Positions 42,456 to 53,554 of a DNA stretch of 64,000 nucleotides are shown in pieces. Within the stretch, counting starts at the first letter, position 1. Each line of letters begins with the position of its first letter. The stretch is from Geosiphon pyriformis uo1 (lineage: Eukaryota > Fungi > Glomeromycota). A model generated the notes under the pieces. That model did not search any database. It saw nothing but the letters and a program-made list of their open reading frames with translations, and had not been told where the DNA came from. A program made the translations under genes and the position numbers. The DNA is taken from NCBI GenBank assembly GCA_016748015.1, contig JAAOMT010000304.1, positions 96,695 through 160,694 on the forward strand. Direction: 5' to 3'.

Positions 42456-42879
42456 ATAGATGTATCAGTCAATATAATAAAAGAAAAAACTGTTGGCCAA
42501 GGAGAATTTATCTCAACTGGTCAAACAATTTCTATTCTACCATATGACCAATACATGGTAGAAATAGAGAGGAAGGTGAAGAATCAAAACCAAATTTTTG
42601 AAGCAGAAGTAAGTCTTTGTGAATCAGAAGAGATTGAACTTATTAATTTCCACATACTAGCCAAGAGCCACAACCACATAAAAATTCCCATCTACAATAA
42701 CACCAGAAGGAACCACCATCAGATATTTGACTACAGAAATAGAAGATCAACCACCAAGCACCATTTCAGACTTTTCATAGCTTTGTGGATATGTTGATAT
42801 TACATCACAAACAATATATAAATGAAGTGAATATTATTTGCTCCAACCAAAACAATTGAAACAAATAAACATGAGAAAC

Positions 42880-45250
42880 TTAGATCCACTTCAACATATG
42901 CAGCTCAAGATGTTGCTTAATCAGTTCAATAACATCTTCACCAGTGAAAACAAGTTTGGCTGAACCGACATCATCCAGCATCAGATTAAGACTGAAGATA
43001 CAATGCCAATTAAACAAAGAGCATACAGAGTGCCACCAGCCAGCCACAAAATTATTTGTTAAGAGATAAACCAAATGCTTAACAATGGGCTAATCCAACT
43101 ATTAATGAACTCATAGTCATTGTTACCAGAGGTTTTTGGTCTTTTTTCTTAAATGTTGTTAATATCTGTTTGCTGTGAATTCATGTTTTCTGGATGTGGT
43201 TGAACCTCCAGTAGCTGAATTTATCTTCAAATTATCTTCTATAATTTGAACTTGCTGGGCTTATAAGTGGAATGACCAATTCCATGCCAGTTACTTTATG
43301 TAGTTATGCTGTAGTAAACGTCAACTCTTTCCCAGGAATTGCTTGTCTGGAAGCTCACTAAAATGTATAGTTACTTTGCTGTAAAAGTCAACTCTTCTAC
43401 AGGAATCTTGTCTGTAGGCTACCCTAATAATTGTAATAAGAAAAAAAAAGAAAAATAAAAGAAATGTAAAAGAAATAGAATTTTGTCAAGAGAAACATTT
43501 TTTATCCAGGCCTGAAGTCACTAACAGTTTACTGAAATTGGTAGCTAATCAATTTCAAAATGTTAGTTGGGTTTTGAGAATTTTCCAAGTACAATAATTT
43601 AAAGAGTTTGGTTTTTTGAATTATTTGATATTTATTTCTTTTTGTGTGTGTAGGAATGGTTCTAAGTGATAAATCTAAAGTAAAATACATTTTTTCGAAG
43701 AGAAAAGCTCTTTTTTTATACAACTTGTTGTAACACTATTCTATGAACTTGAACTTTGTTATTTTCTACCATTTCGCTGAATTAAAGATACATTTTGGCA
43801 AACTACAAGTTATTTCTGTGAACTATTAGATATTTTGGTGAACTATCAATTATTTTGGCAAATTTCTACAAATTTCGGCAAACTTTTTGAATGTTACATA
43901 GTTTGGGGTATTGCATAATTGATCATTGCAATTAGGTTACATTTGTGTTATGTACAAATTGGGTTATTAATTAAATGATAATTTCAAACATTTTGCTAAT
44001 GTACTAAGTAATAATTTAAAACAATAATATATGCTAATTAATGATAAGATTTATAAGAGTAATTTCATGCTAAACAATATCTCTAATTTTGTCTAGTAAC
44101 ATTGTCACCAATGGTACTTGTCCATAAGAAAAATGGCAAAATCCGATTTTGTGTAGACTACAGGAAACTCAATAGTATAACTCATGGAGACAGCTATCTA
44201 ACTCCACAAATACAGAAATAATTCAATGCTTTTGACAAGAACAAATGGTTCTCAATATTAGACTTGAACAGTGGTTACTGGCAAGTAGCCATGGATCCAG
44301 CTGACAAAGAAAAAATGGCATTCACCACTAGAGAAGGGAATTTTGAATTTGAAGTGATGCTATTTGGCTTAACCAATACTTCAACCACTTTCCAATGGCT
44401 AATGGAAATTGTATATACTGGCTTATTATAGAAATCAGTTATTGTCTACTTAGACAACACCAATGTATTCTCAAAAACATTTGATGATCATCTACATCAT
44501 CTACAACAAGTGTTCAAAAAACTAAGAAGAGCAAGACTAAAGTTAAATGCAACAAAGTAGTTTTTCGACAAGACAGAACTAAAATTCATGAGACACATAG
44601 TCAGCAAAGATAACATCAAAATGGATCCAGAGAAAATAGAGATAGTAAAGAACTTTCCAGTGCTGATCAATATAACAGAACTGAAATCATTCTTGGGATT
44701 TGCCAGTTACTATTGACATTTTATCAAGAACTTTTTTAAGATAGCGCAGCCACTCAACCAACTGCAAACCAAGAATACAAAATATGAATGGACAGAAAGT
44801 CAACAAAAAGCTTTTGATATTCTGAAAAGAAAGCTTATTCAAGCTCTAGTACTGATCTATTCAGATCACAGCAAACCATTCATCATCACCACTGATGCAT
44901 CCGGCTAAGCATTGGGAGCAGTACTATCTCAGAAAGGACCGGACGGCAGAGAACATCCAGTAGCATATGCCAACTGAGGTCTAACACCAGCCAAAAAAAA
45001 CTATGGAACACCAGAACAAGAACACTTAGCAATCTATTGGGCAGTTATGAAGTGGAACAAATACTTGAGCCAAAAGTTTGATATATATACGGATCATAAA
45101 GGATTAACATCACTTCAAAAGCAAGAATGTGATAATGGCTGTCAATCCAGATGGAAAATGGCACTCTTATGATATACTTATACTATACACTATAAGAAAG
45201 GAAAAGACAACAGAAATGCCAATGGTTTGTCGTGAATAAGACAAATCTAA
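42880..45250 (+). pseudogene. pol: Element C reverse transcriptase and RNase H (interrupted by solo LTR D)
   Basis: HQIKTEDTMPIKQRAYRVP | SPMVLVHKKNGKIRFCVDYRKLN, LDLNSGYWQV, VYLDNT (=YLDD, about 44445), RNase H ITTDASG...YTDHKGL...NANGLS. Confidence 0.9.
43121..44101 (-). mobile_element. Solo LTR D (981 bp; same family as the element A LTR) inserted in C reverse transcriptase
   Basis: TGTTAC...GTAACA termini. Flanks TCAT (43117-43120) and TTGT (44102-44105). Removing it restores the RT W-S-S-P-(V)-V-L-V frame. Orientation inferred from element A. Confidence 0.88.
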
Positions 45251-45312
45251 GAACATCTCAAACCCAAAAATATAACAAAACCAGAACAATACCAACAAAA
45301 ATATAACAAAAG

Positions 45313-46695
45313 ATGAACATACAAAAATATCAACAACTTCAACATTATATAAACACTCAACAGTTTAAGGAAAATTTATCTCAAATAGAACAAAAGAGTA
45401 TCAAACAACAATCAAAATATTTTATCACTCACCAAAATATACTTTATCAGAAAAATAAAAGAGATCTAGATCAACCAACCAGAGTAATTACAGAGCCAGA
45501 AAAAGAGACAATATTATTTAACATGAACTCAAATCCAACAGCAGGACACTTTCACAAAGAAGCAACCATGAAAAGAACCAAAAAAAGATACTATTGACCA
45601 TTAATGTATTCAGACATCATCTAATATGTTCAAAATTGTGATGCTTGTCAGCGAAGAGGAGGAACAAGACTCAGTAAACCATTAAGAACAATCAAAGTGG
45701 AACAACCATTTGACTGTATTGGAATTGATTTAGTTAGACCATTAACAATCACCAGTAGAAGAAACAGATACATAGCAGTAGTTATGGACTATCTCACTAA
45801 ATGGCCAGAGGCGAAAGCCATTCAAAGAGTGGATGCAGAATCCATTGCCGAATTTATTCATTAGGATTTGATTTGTTGACATGGATGTCCAAAAGAATTA
45901 TTATCAGACCAAGGAACGCATTTTGTGAACAGAACATTAACAGAATTGAGCCAAAGATTCGGAATTAAGAGACCATTATCATCATCATACCATCCACAAA
46001 CCAATGGATTAGTCAAAAAATTCAACAGAACATTGTGTAAAGCAATAGCTAAGCTCAGCCAAGAAAACCAGAACAATTGAGATTTGTTGATACTATCAGT
46101 ACTATTTGCTTCTTGGACAATGAAGCAAGATACTACACAAACAACACCATTTGAATTAGTATATGGTAGAACAGCAACACTACCAGTGGAAATAGAAGTC
46201 AGCACATACCCAACTGAACCAATAACAGAAGAAAATTTCAAAAACACATTGTTGAGAAAAACATATGACTTAATGGAAACATTAGAAAACAAACAACAAA
46301 GAGCAGCTAATAACATACAAAAGGCACAAAAGAAACAAAAAGAAAGACATGATAACCAACTACCAAATAAACCAGTTGAATTCAAGATTAGAAACAAAGT
46401 ACTACTACATCATACCAAAGTAGAAAAACAATGGAGTGGAAAATTTAACCCCAAATGGGACAGACCATTTCACATAGAAGAAATTCTAAGAAATAGAGCT
46501 TACAAATTAAGATTAAATAACAAAATCTTGACCAAAGCAGCACATGGAAATCAACTGAAATCATACCACCATATAGCATCATCATCTACCAGTAATATTC
46601 CACAACTGGAAGTACAGAGAATACTAGTCCAACCAGATGAGATTCTACAAGATCTGGAACCAATCATTATTATTGATAACAACACATCCAATTGA
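45313..46695 (+). pseudogene. int: Element C integrase (HHCC, DDE core, GPY/F-like), own ATG, no chromodomain
   Basis: AGHFH...CDACQRRG, IGIDLV, LSDQGTHF, YHPQTNGLVKKFN, KWDRPFHI...AYKL. Confidence 0.9.
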
Positions 46696-46719
46696 TCAAT
46701 AGAAAGAATATATAAAGAC

Positions 46720-47378
46720 ATGGTCAATGTGATGGAAAAATACAGAAAAATAGAAATTACTAACAACATCTATTCATTAGCACAACAAATTTTTCAATTA
46801 ATCTAACACCAGAAGATAGAAATTACAATCAATTAACAAACTATTCAATACAAAAGTACTGCAAGAACACCACAATACAAAGTATAGAGAAAACTCAAAA
46901 ATGTTGTTGACAAGATTATGACCAAGATAAAATTGGTCATGAAAGAACAACAAATAGTCAGATTACACCAAGAACTTACTGAAGAAACTTGGACTTGGTA
47001 GATGCAACAATTTCCAAAAAACTATTGTCATTTTTACTTGGGACAACACGTAAATATCCAGAATTTGTACATCGACAAAACAAAATGGTTATTTGATGCA
47101 ACAATACTAAGACAACTAGAACAATTTGTGGGAAAAAACAATCTAATCACACAAGCTCGAGCCATTTACTGGCTATATATAGGATTTCAAGACCAACCAG
47201 AAATCTTACTCAACACAACAATGGATACAGTTATGAGTAATCAATTGGGGAAAATGACCAACACCCAATTTGAAGAACTACAAACTCAAATAACACAAGT
47301 AATACTTGAAAAAAAAGTTTAAGAAATAATTCAAGAGAGGAAATTAAAAGGGTTAGATTTTGACAGAGCTCAATATTA
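46720..47378 (+). pseudogene. Element C extra ORF3 of unknown function between integrase and PPT
   Basis: About 220-codon frame with a few stops, including ORF 47002-47322 and ending LDFDRAQY*. Weak motif similarity to B ORF3. Confidence 0.55.
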
Positions 47379-47392
47379 AAAGGAGGGAATAA
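47378..47392 (+). promoter_or_regulatory. Element C polypurine tract
   Basis: AAAAGGAGGGAATAA immediately before the 3' LTR. Confidence 0.85.
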
Positions 47393-48310
47393 TATTACTC
47401 ATAGAATAAAAAAAGTATATTATTATTAGCAAGTAGAGATTAGCCAATTAGAAATAAACATAGTAAATGTGGAATTCCAGGATTCCTCTCAGAAGAATTA
47501 CAGAATTCCAGAAATTTCAGGATTCTCTGGTGAGGAATCACAGGATTCCAGAATTCCAGAATTCTTCTCATCAGGAATCGCAAAATTCCAGGATTCCTGT
47601 TGCAAGGAATTGAAGAATTGAGGAATTTCAAATATGTATATATAGTAGTAGTATTAGAACAAAAAAGACAGAAAAAAACACCAAGAATTCTTAGCTTAGT
47701 TACTACAATCCTCAAATAAATAATTATTCACTATATCAAATTCATTCTTCACTATCAACACTTCATGTTGATAATAACTAATACTTAACTATATTGGAAC
47801 AATAGCTCTTGATCATGGCTATTGATGGAATACTAACTTGTAAATTGCCTTGGCTTATTTCTTATTTTTTTTTTTATCTTTTTTTTATTTTCTTTGTTGT
47901 CTACTAACTTGATTAAAAAATTTACTCTTGGAGGACTTATAAAGGAATAAACTTGCTTAAACAATATTTACTCTTGGAGGACTTATGAAGGAATAAACTT
48001 GCTTAAACAATATTTACTCTTGGAGGATTTATGGAGGAACTGACATTAAGAAACAGCACTGGTATACACTTACAGAAGATATCATACCAGAAAAATCATC
48101 AACCATCAAGTTAAGCAAGCAATCGACGAAACTACAATTTCAAGAAACTACTGATAAACTGTTATCATTGAATTTTTATCCATTATATAAAGAACTCTAT
48201 TGAAAAACCTTCAGATAAAATACCTTCAGATTATCATTGTCACCAATCACTTTAAGCACCAAATTACGAGTTTGTTATTTACTCGACACCCCAAATAATC
48301 ACCTGTAACA
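47393..48310 (+). repeat. Element C 3' LTR (918 bp)
   Basis: Direct repeat of 37044-37908. Starts TATTAC (G>A). Contains 3 copies of the 46-bp unit. Confidence 0.93.
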
Positions 48311-48314
48311 ATAG

Positions 48315-51300
48315 TCATTGAACTTGCCCAAAGAATTAAAGACAATTAAAGAATGCATCTGAGATCTACACTTCCAGTTTTTGCTCTTGCTTCTATTATG
48401 GCTCCTGCTTCACAAATAACTGCTACCTCTTTTGCTGCCCAAACACCAGATCCAAATAAACAATTGATAGATAGCCTCACTGCTAATCTTGTCTGGTTAT
48501 TAGAACCCTTAGTTCAAGCAGTCAGAGAAAACCAACAACCCCAAAGACCCAGATATGAGCCATGCTTCAATCAGCCTCAGCAACCACCATATCAAAGACA
48601 GCAAAATTGTGGCCCATCTATATGTTATCAGTGTGGATTAACTGGACATTTTTCAAGAAATTGCAACAATCTTCCTTTGTCTTCTCCAGTTCCTAGAAAC
48701 AATGACAACCAAAACAACAGAACTAACAACAACAATACTCCTAATCAAAGACCCAATTATGCAAACATTAATTTCTTTGAAAAGGATCCCTTAGTTGAAA
48801 CCACAGTTTATTAGCCTTTAAACTGGTAGGTACACCTCCAAAGAGTGAAAATGCAAGCTAACCAGAAAAAAATCTCTTTTTCACTTTAAATCTAACTAAT
48901 AATAATCATAAATGAATTAGCAATCAACACTTCTGAATCAACCAGAAAGAAGAAAAAAGCCAAGGTTGATTTCGTTCTAGACCCAAACAAACCTTCAATA
49001 TTAACTGCTAATAACAATGAGCCACCAAAATTAGAACCCCCAGAGATTGTACAAAAATCTGAACCCTATTCTGTTGTCAAAGATCTCATAGAAACTCTTG
49101 CACACATTATCTTTGGTCAGTTAATGACCCATCCACAATTCAGAAAAGATTTTCACAAATCATTAATCTCAAAGAAGAAAACACCAAAGACCAATAAGTG
49201 CTTTTGACAAGCTGAACTTGCTAACAACAGCAATGTCATGCCTCTGATTTGCAAAGCCCAAGTAACTGGCTACTTTATTGATTTAATCCTAGACAGTGGA
49301 TCATCTGTTAGTGTAATTGCCAAACACTTTTTTGAAGCAATTGGCAGAAAGATTGATAAACCCTTTACTTGACCAATGACCAATGTACATGGTGATAAGA
49401 AGAAAGATCTGGGCATTGCCAAAGCTGTTCCTGTTCATATCAATAACATCAACATTGAAACTGACATGGAAGTTTCTGAAGCTAAAAAATACACCATTAT
49501 TGTTGGCAATAAGTGGCTCAAAAAAGCAAAAGCCTTACTTGACTATAAACTTTGTGAGCTAATCATAAGATGTAGCGAGAAACCCATTGTGGTTAAGTGT
49601 TGCTACTGGACAACCCTTCTAGCACCAAAGCAGAACCAGAAAGAAAAACAATCAGAAAAATCAAATGATAAAGAGAGTAATGAAAAAGAAGAGCAAAAAG
49701 AACAAGAAGAAACTGCTGAACTTGCCTATACCACTTTTACCAGCAATGGTAAGCCACTAGACAATGTTAAAGCTGATAGAGAAGGAATAATTGTAAATGG
49801 CAAGCTAATCTGCTGGCCCTACTATGATATCCTTAGAAGAACCTTTGATCAAAAGCCTGGCAAGAAAGCCAAGTACAGATATTGGTGGTATGGTCTTTGT
49901 GCCCGATGTTGGTGCAACCAACCCTTGTATTCTCCAAATGATAAATGCAAATCCTGCCTGATCTATTACAAAGATTGGGAACCCATCAGTCTAATACCCA
50001 GAAAAGAACTAAAAGAAGTACAGAAGTTCTTTGAAAATGAACTACCTGAAATCCAATCACTAGTTGTAGAACAAAGAGAACTCTTTCCAGAAAAAAGAAA
50101 AATAGATATTGAAAATCTGTTGGCCAGAAATAGCCCAGTTATCTCAAAAAAAGGTGACACAACAGGACGAACTTATGTGATACAACATACTATTACCACC
50201 AGAGAAATTCGCCCCATCTATCTGAGCCTTATTAATCCAATTGCCATAATGATGAGTTCATTAAGAAAGAGATAAACCAGATGAAAAATCTTGGATTCAT
50301 ACAAAAAACCAAGAGTGAATGGGCTTTTTCAGTTGTAGTGGTATTCAAGAAAGAAGGAACCTTACACTTCTGTGTTGATTATTGCCAATTAAATGTCATT
50401 ACTGAAAAAGATATGTATCCACTCCCCAAGATTAATGCAATGTTAGACCAATTTAAAGATGCTGCTTTCTTTTCAACCATTGATCTAACTGCTAGATTCT
50501 GGCAAGTAGAGATGAATCCAGAAAGCAGAAAGAAAACTGCCTTCATCACCAAGTATGGCACTTATGAATTTACAGTTATGTCTTTTGGTCTTACCAATGC
50601 CCTTTTCACATTTCAATGCCTAATGGACAAAATATTCGAATTAGTGAAAAAAAACTTTGTTCTGATTTATTTGGACGACATAATGGTGTACTCAAAAATC
50701 TGGAATGAATACATTGAACATTTGCAAAAGATTTTTGACCTCCTTAGAAATGCTGGCCTCAAGATCAATCTAATCAAATCTTTCTTTGGATGACAATCCA
50801 CCCAGTTTCTTGGCCATCTTATTACAAAAGATGGAATCTTTCTTGACCCAGCCAAGATTGAAAAAGTTCAGAACATTAGACAGCCAATAAATATTTATGA
50901 ATTATGCTCTTTCCTTGGTTTGGCTTCTTATTATCAGAAATTTGTTAAAGATTTCTCCAAAATTGCCTCTCCACTTAATCAGCTACTCAGAAAAAATGTC
51001 AATTATTATTGGAGTATACATCAGCAGAAAGCATTTGAAACTCTCAAAGAAAAATTGGTTACAAAACCTATTCTCAAGCAACCTGATCTAGATCGATCTT
51101 TTATCCTCTATACTAATACATCTGGTTATAGACTTGGTGCTGTACTCTCTCAGAAAAATGAAGATGGCAAAAAACATGCCATAGCCTATGCCAGTAGGAC
51201 CCTCTCTCCAGCAGAACAGAACTACTCAGTAACTGAGCAAGAATGCTTAGCAGTAGTTTGGGCTACTAGTTATTGGAACAAATATCTTCTTGGTGCCAAG

Positions 51301-51477
51301 TTCCTGGTAGTAATAGATCATTAAGTCTTGGTTTGGCTGCACAACAAAAAGAAGCTAGAACATAAATGGATAACTCACTGGATACTCCACTTGGATGAAT
51401 TTGACTATAATATTCAACATCGCAAAGGAGCAAATCATCAAAACGCCAACGCTCTCTTAAGACTTATTATTCAGTGA
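48315..51477 (+). pseudogene. pol: Element B gag 3' part, protease, Cys-rich insert, RT and RNase H
   Basis: Zinc knuckle CYQCGLTGHFSRNC (about 48620). Protease LILDSGSS (about 49285). CARCWCNQPLYSPNDKCKSC (about 49900). RT FCVDY, IDLTARFWQV, IYLDDI (about 50665). RNase H LYTNTSG...AYASR...EQECLAVVWA...NANAL. Confidence 0.9.
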
Positions 51478-51542
51478 TAATAAAACCCTCTTAAACCAAA
51501 CCAACATAATTATTAGTAACTCTCTCTTAACCAAACACAATA

Positions 51543-52857
51543 ATAGACTTGGACAACTATTCTAACTTAATAGAATTTTTGGGTAAAGGACAATACCCAC
51601 CAAATTACACTCGACAGCAAAGAAAACATTTGTGCAAACAATCAAATTTCTATTTGATTTACCAGAACCAGTTATACAAAAGAAACAGAAAAGATTCTGA
51701 CCACCCTCAGAGAGTTATAAGATTTGAAGAAAGAGAAATTGTGATCTATAACATGTACACTGATCCATTAGCTGGACACTTTGAAAAAACAAAAACAATT
51801 CAGAAAACTCTAGCTTGCTATTATTGGCCTACCTTGGGAAAAGACATTGCTGAGTACATCAAAATCTGTGATACCTGCCAAAAAAGAGGAAAACCCAATC
51901 ACAAAGAAGATATCCATCTAATTTTTGTTGGTCAACCATTTGACAGAATTGGTATAAATGTTATTGGACCCTTAACAGTAACTCCTGATAGAAACAGATA
52001 CATTATCACAGCTACCAACTATCTTACAAAGTGGGTAGAAGCAAAAGCCATTCCAAATCAAACAGCAGTCTCAATAGCCAATTTCATTTATGAAGATATT
52101 ATTTGTCACTATGGCTGCCCCAAAGAACTATTATCTGATAGAGAAAAAGCTTTTCTCAGTACATTAGTTGAAAAACTTTGTAGAAAAATGAAAATATGTC
52201 ACAAACTTTTCTTCCCTTATTACCTCCAAACAAATGGCCTAGTGGAACATTTCAATAGAACATTATGTGAAACCCTAGCCAAAACCAGTGAAAAAACAAA
52301 CTTATGGGACAAAATACTGTCTTTAGCTTTGTTTGCTTATAGAACTGTGAATCATGACATAACAAGTTATGAATCTTTTTATCTGCTCTATGGATGCATA
52401 GCAACACTACCAATAGAAACTGATATTGAAACAATACCCTTTGAAAAGATTACAATAGGGAATTACAAAGACATTTTGCAAAGAAGACTTAATACCATTC
52501 TTGACTCATTGATAGAGGCACGGATAATTGCCTTTAAAAAAATAAAACAGTTCCAAAAAAAGCTTAAGAAAAAAAAAACTTATAAAACACTTTCCTTAAG
52601 TGTTGGTGACTTGGTTTTGGAATACCATTCAGACAGAGACAATATCTATGGTGATAAATTCTCTAGCCAGTAAAAAAAACCTTTTATAGTCAACAAAGTT
52701 CTGAACAATGATTCTTATATTCTTCAAGATCAATCTGAAACAATCTTTAATAATCATCCTGTTCATGGCACATAACTCAAGAAGTATTACAAATGACCTG
52801 ATTGATTACCTGTTGTGATAATACCAACCCAAAAAATTAGCAAAAATCAGATATAAA
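51543..52857 (+). pseudogene. int: Element B integrase, separate frame from RT-RH, no chromodomain
   Basis: ORF 51549-52673: AGHF...CDTCQKRG, IGINVIGPL, LLSDRE, QTNGLVEHFN. Continues past a stop into a GPF-like KPFIVNKVL...VHG segment. Confidence 0.9.
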
Positions 52858-52897
52858 TAAATGCACCATTCCCAAAACAGAGGTATCTTCAATCAAC

Positions 52898-53554
52898 ATG
52901 AACAATTATTTTCTGGATCAAAACATTCAAAACACTTTCTATACTTTCCATAAGTATTGGATCAAAAACTATCCAAATGCTACTCTGACTATTGGAAAAC
53001 AGACCACAATAACTGACAACAGTGGAACACATACTGTCATCAGACCAAAGAAAACCACTACCAGAAGAGAAAGAATTGGTAGTAAAATGAATAAATATCT
53101 GCTGGAAAGCATAACAGCAGTGATACTTGTACTTTCCATCACAATTGGAAAAACAATTAAAGAAATCTTGCTCATAGACAAAAACTTGTCATATAAAAGA
53201 CAACTAGAGCTCTATGGTTATCTTGGTAAAATCATAAAAGACATGAAGCTCATGAAAAAAACAACTTCTGAGATACAAGTGGAAATTTTGAACATTGTAT
53301 AATTAGATGTCCCAAGAGTTTTGACTATTGCAAAAAGAGCCAAAACTCTTATACAAAGATTTGGTCTCTTAGATACAAAGCTTATTTTGTCTCAAGTTCT
53401 ATACACCTTATCTACAAAAGATTTCAACAAACTAGTTAGTTTTGAATTAAATAAAACACTTCAATTAGAATATCCCATAAATAGTTTGATTTTGCCGGAG
53501 CTTAATCTCTTTGAAGAGGATGATATTACAGTTGAAACTCATAGTTTTTATTAG
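52898..53554 (+). pseudogene. Element B extra ORF3 of unknown function, running through the PPT into the 3' LTR
   Basis: ORFs 52898-53302 and 53321-53554 share a frame and are separated by a single TAA. About 218 codons with an own ATG. Confidence 0.65.
53513..53523 (+). promoter_or_regulatory. Element B polypurine tract
   Basis: GAAGAGGATGA immediately before the 3' LTR. Confidence 0.75.

Larger units (their letters stand above)
37044..48310 (+). mobile_element. Element C: full-length dUTPase-carrying Ty3/Gypsy element nested in B gag, TSD ATGG/ATAG
   Basis: LTRs 37044-37908 and 47393-48310 (TGTTAC...GTAACA), PBS and PPT present. Order is gag-PR-Cys-rich-dUTPase-RT-RH-IN-ORF3. Removing the element restores the B gag frame. 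Confidence 0.93.

Noticed and set aside
52898-53554. Calling ORF3 an env gene
   Set aside because: It is too short, with no signal peptide, furin site plus fusion peptide, or C-terminal TM anchor.
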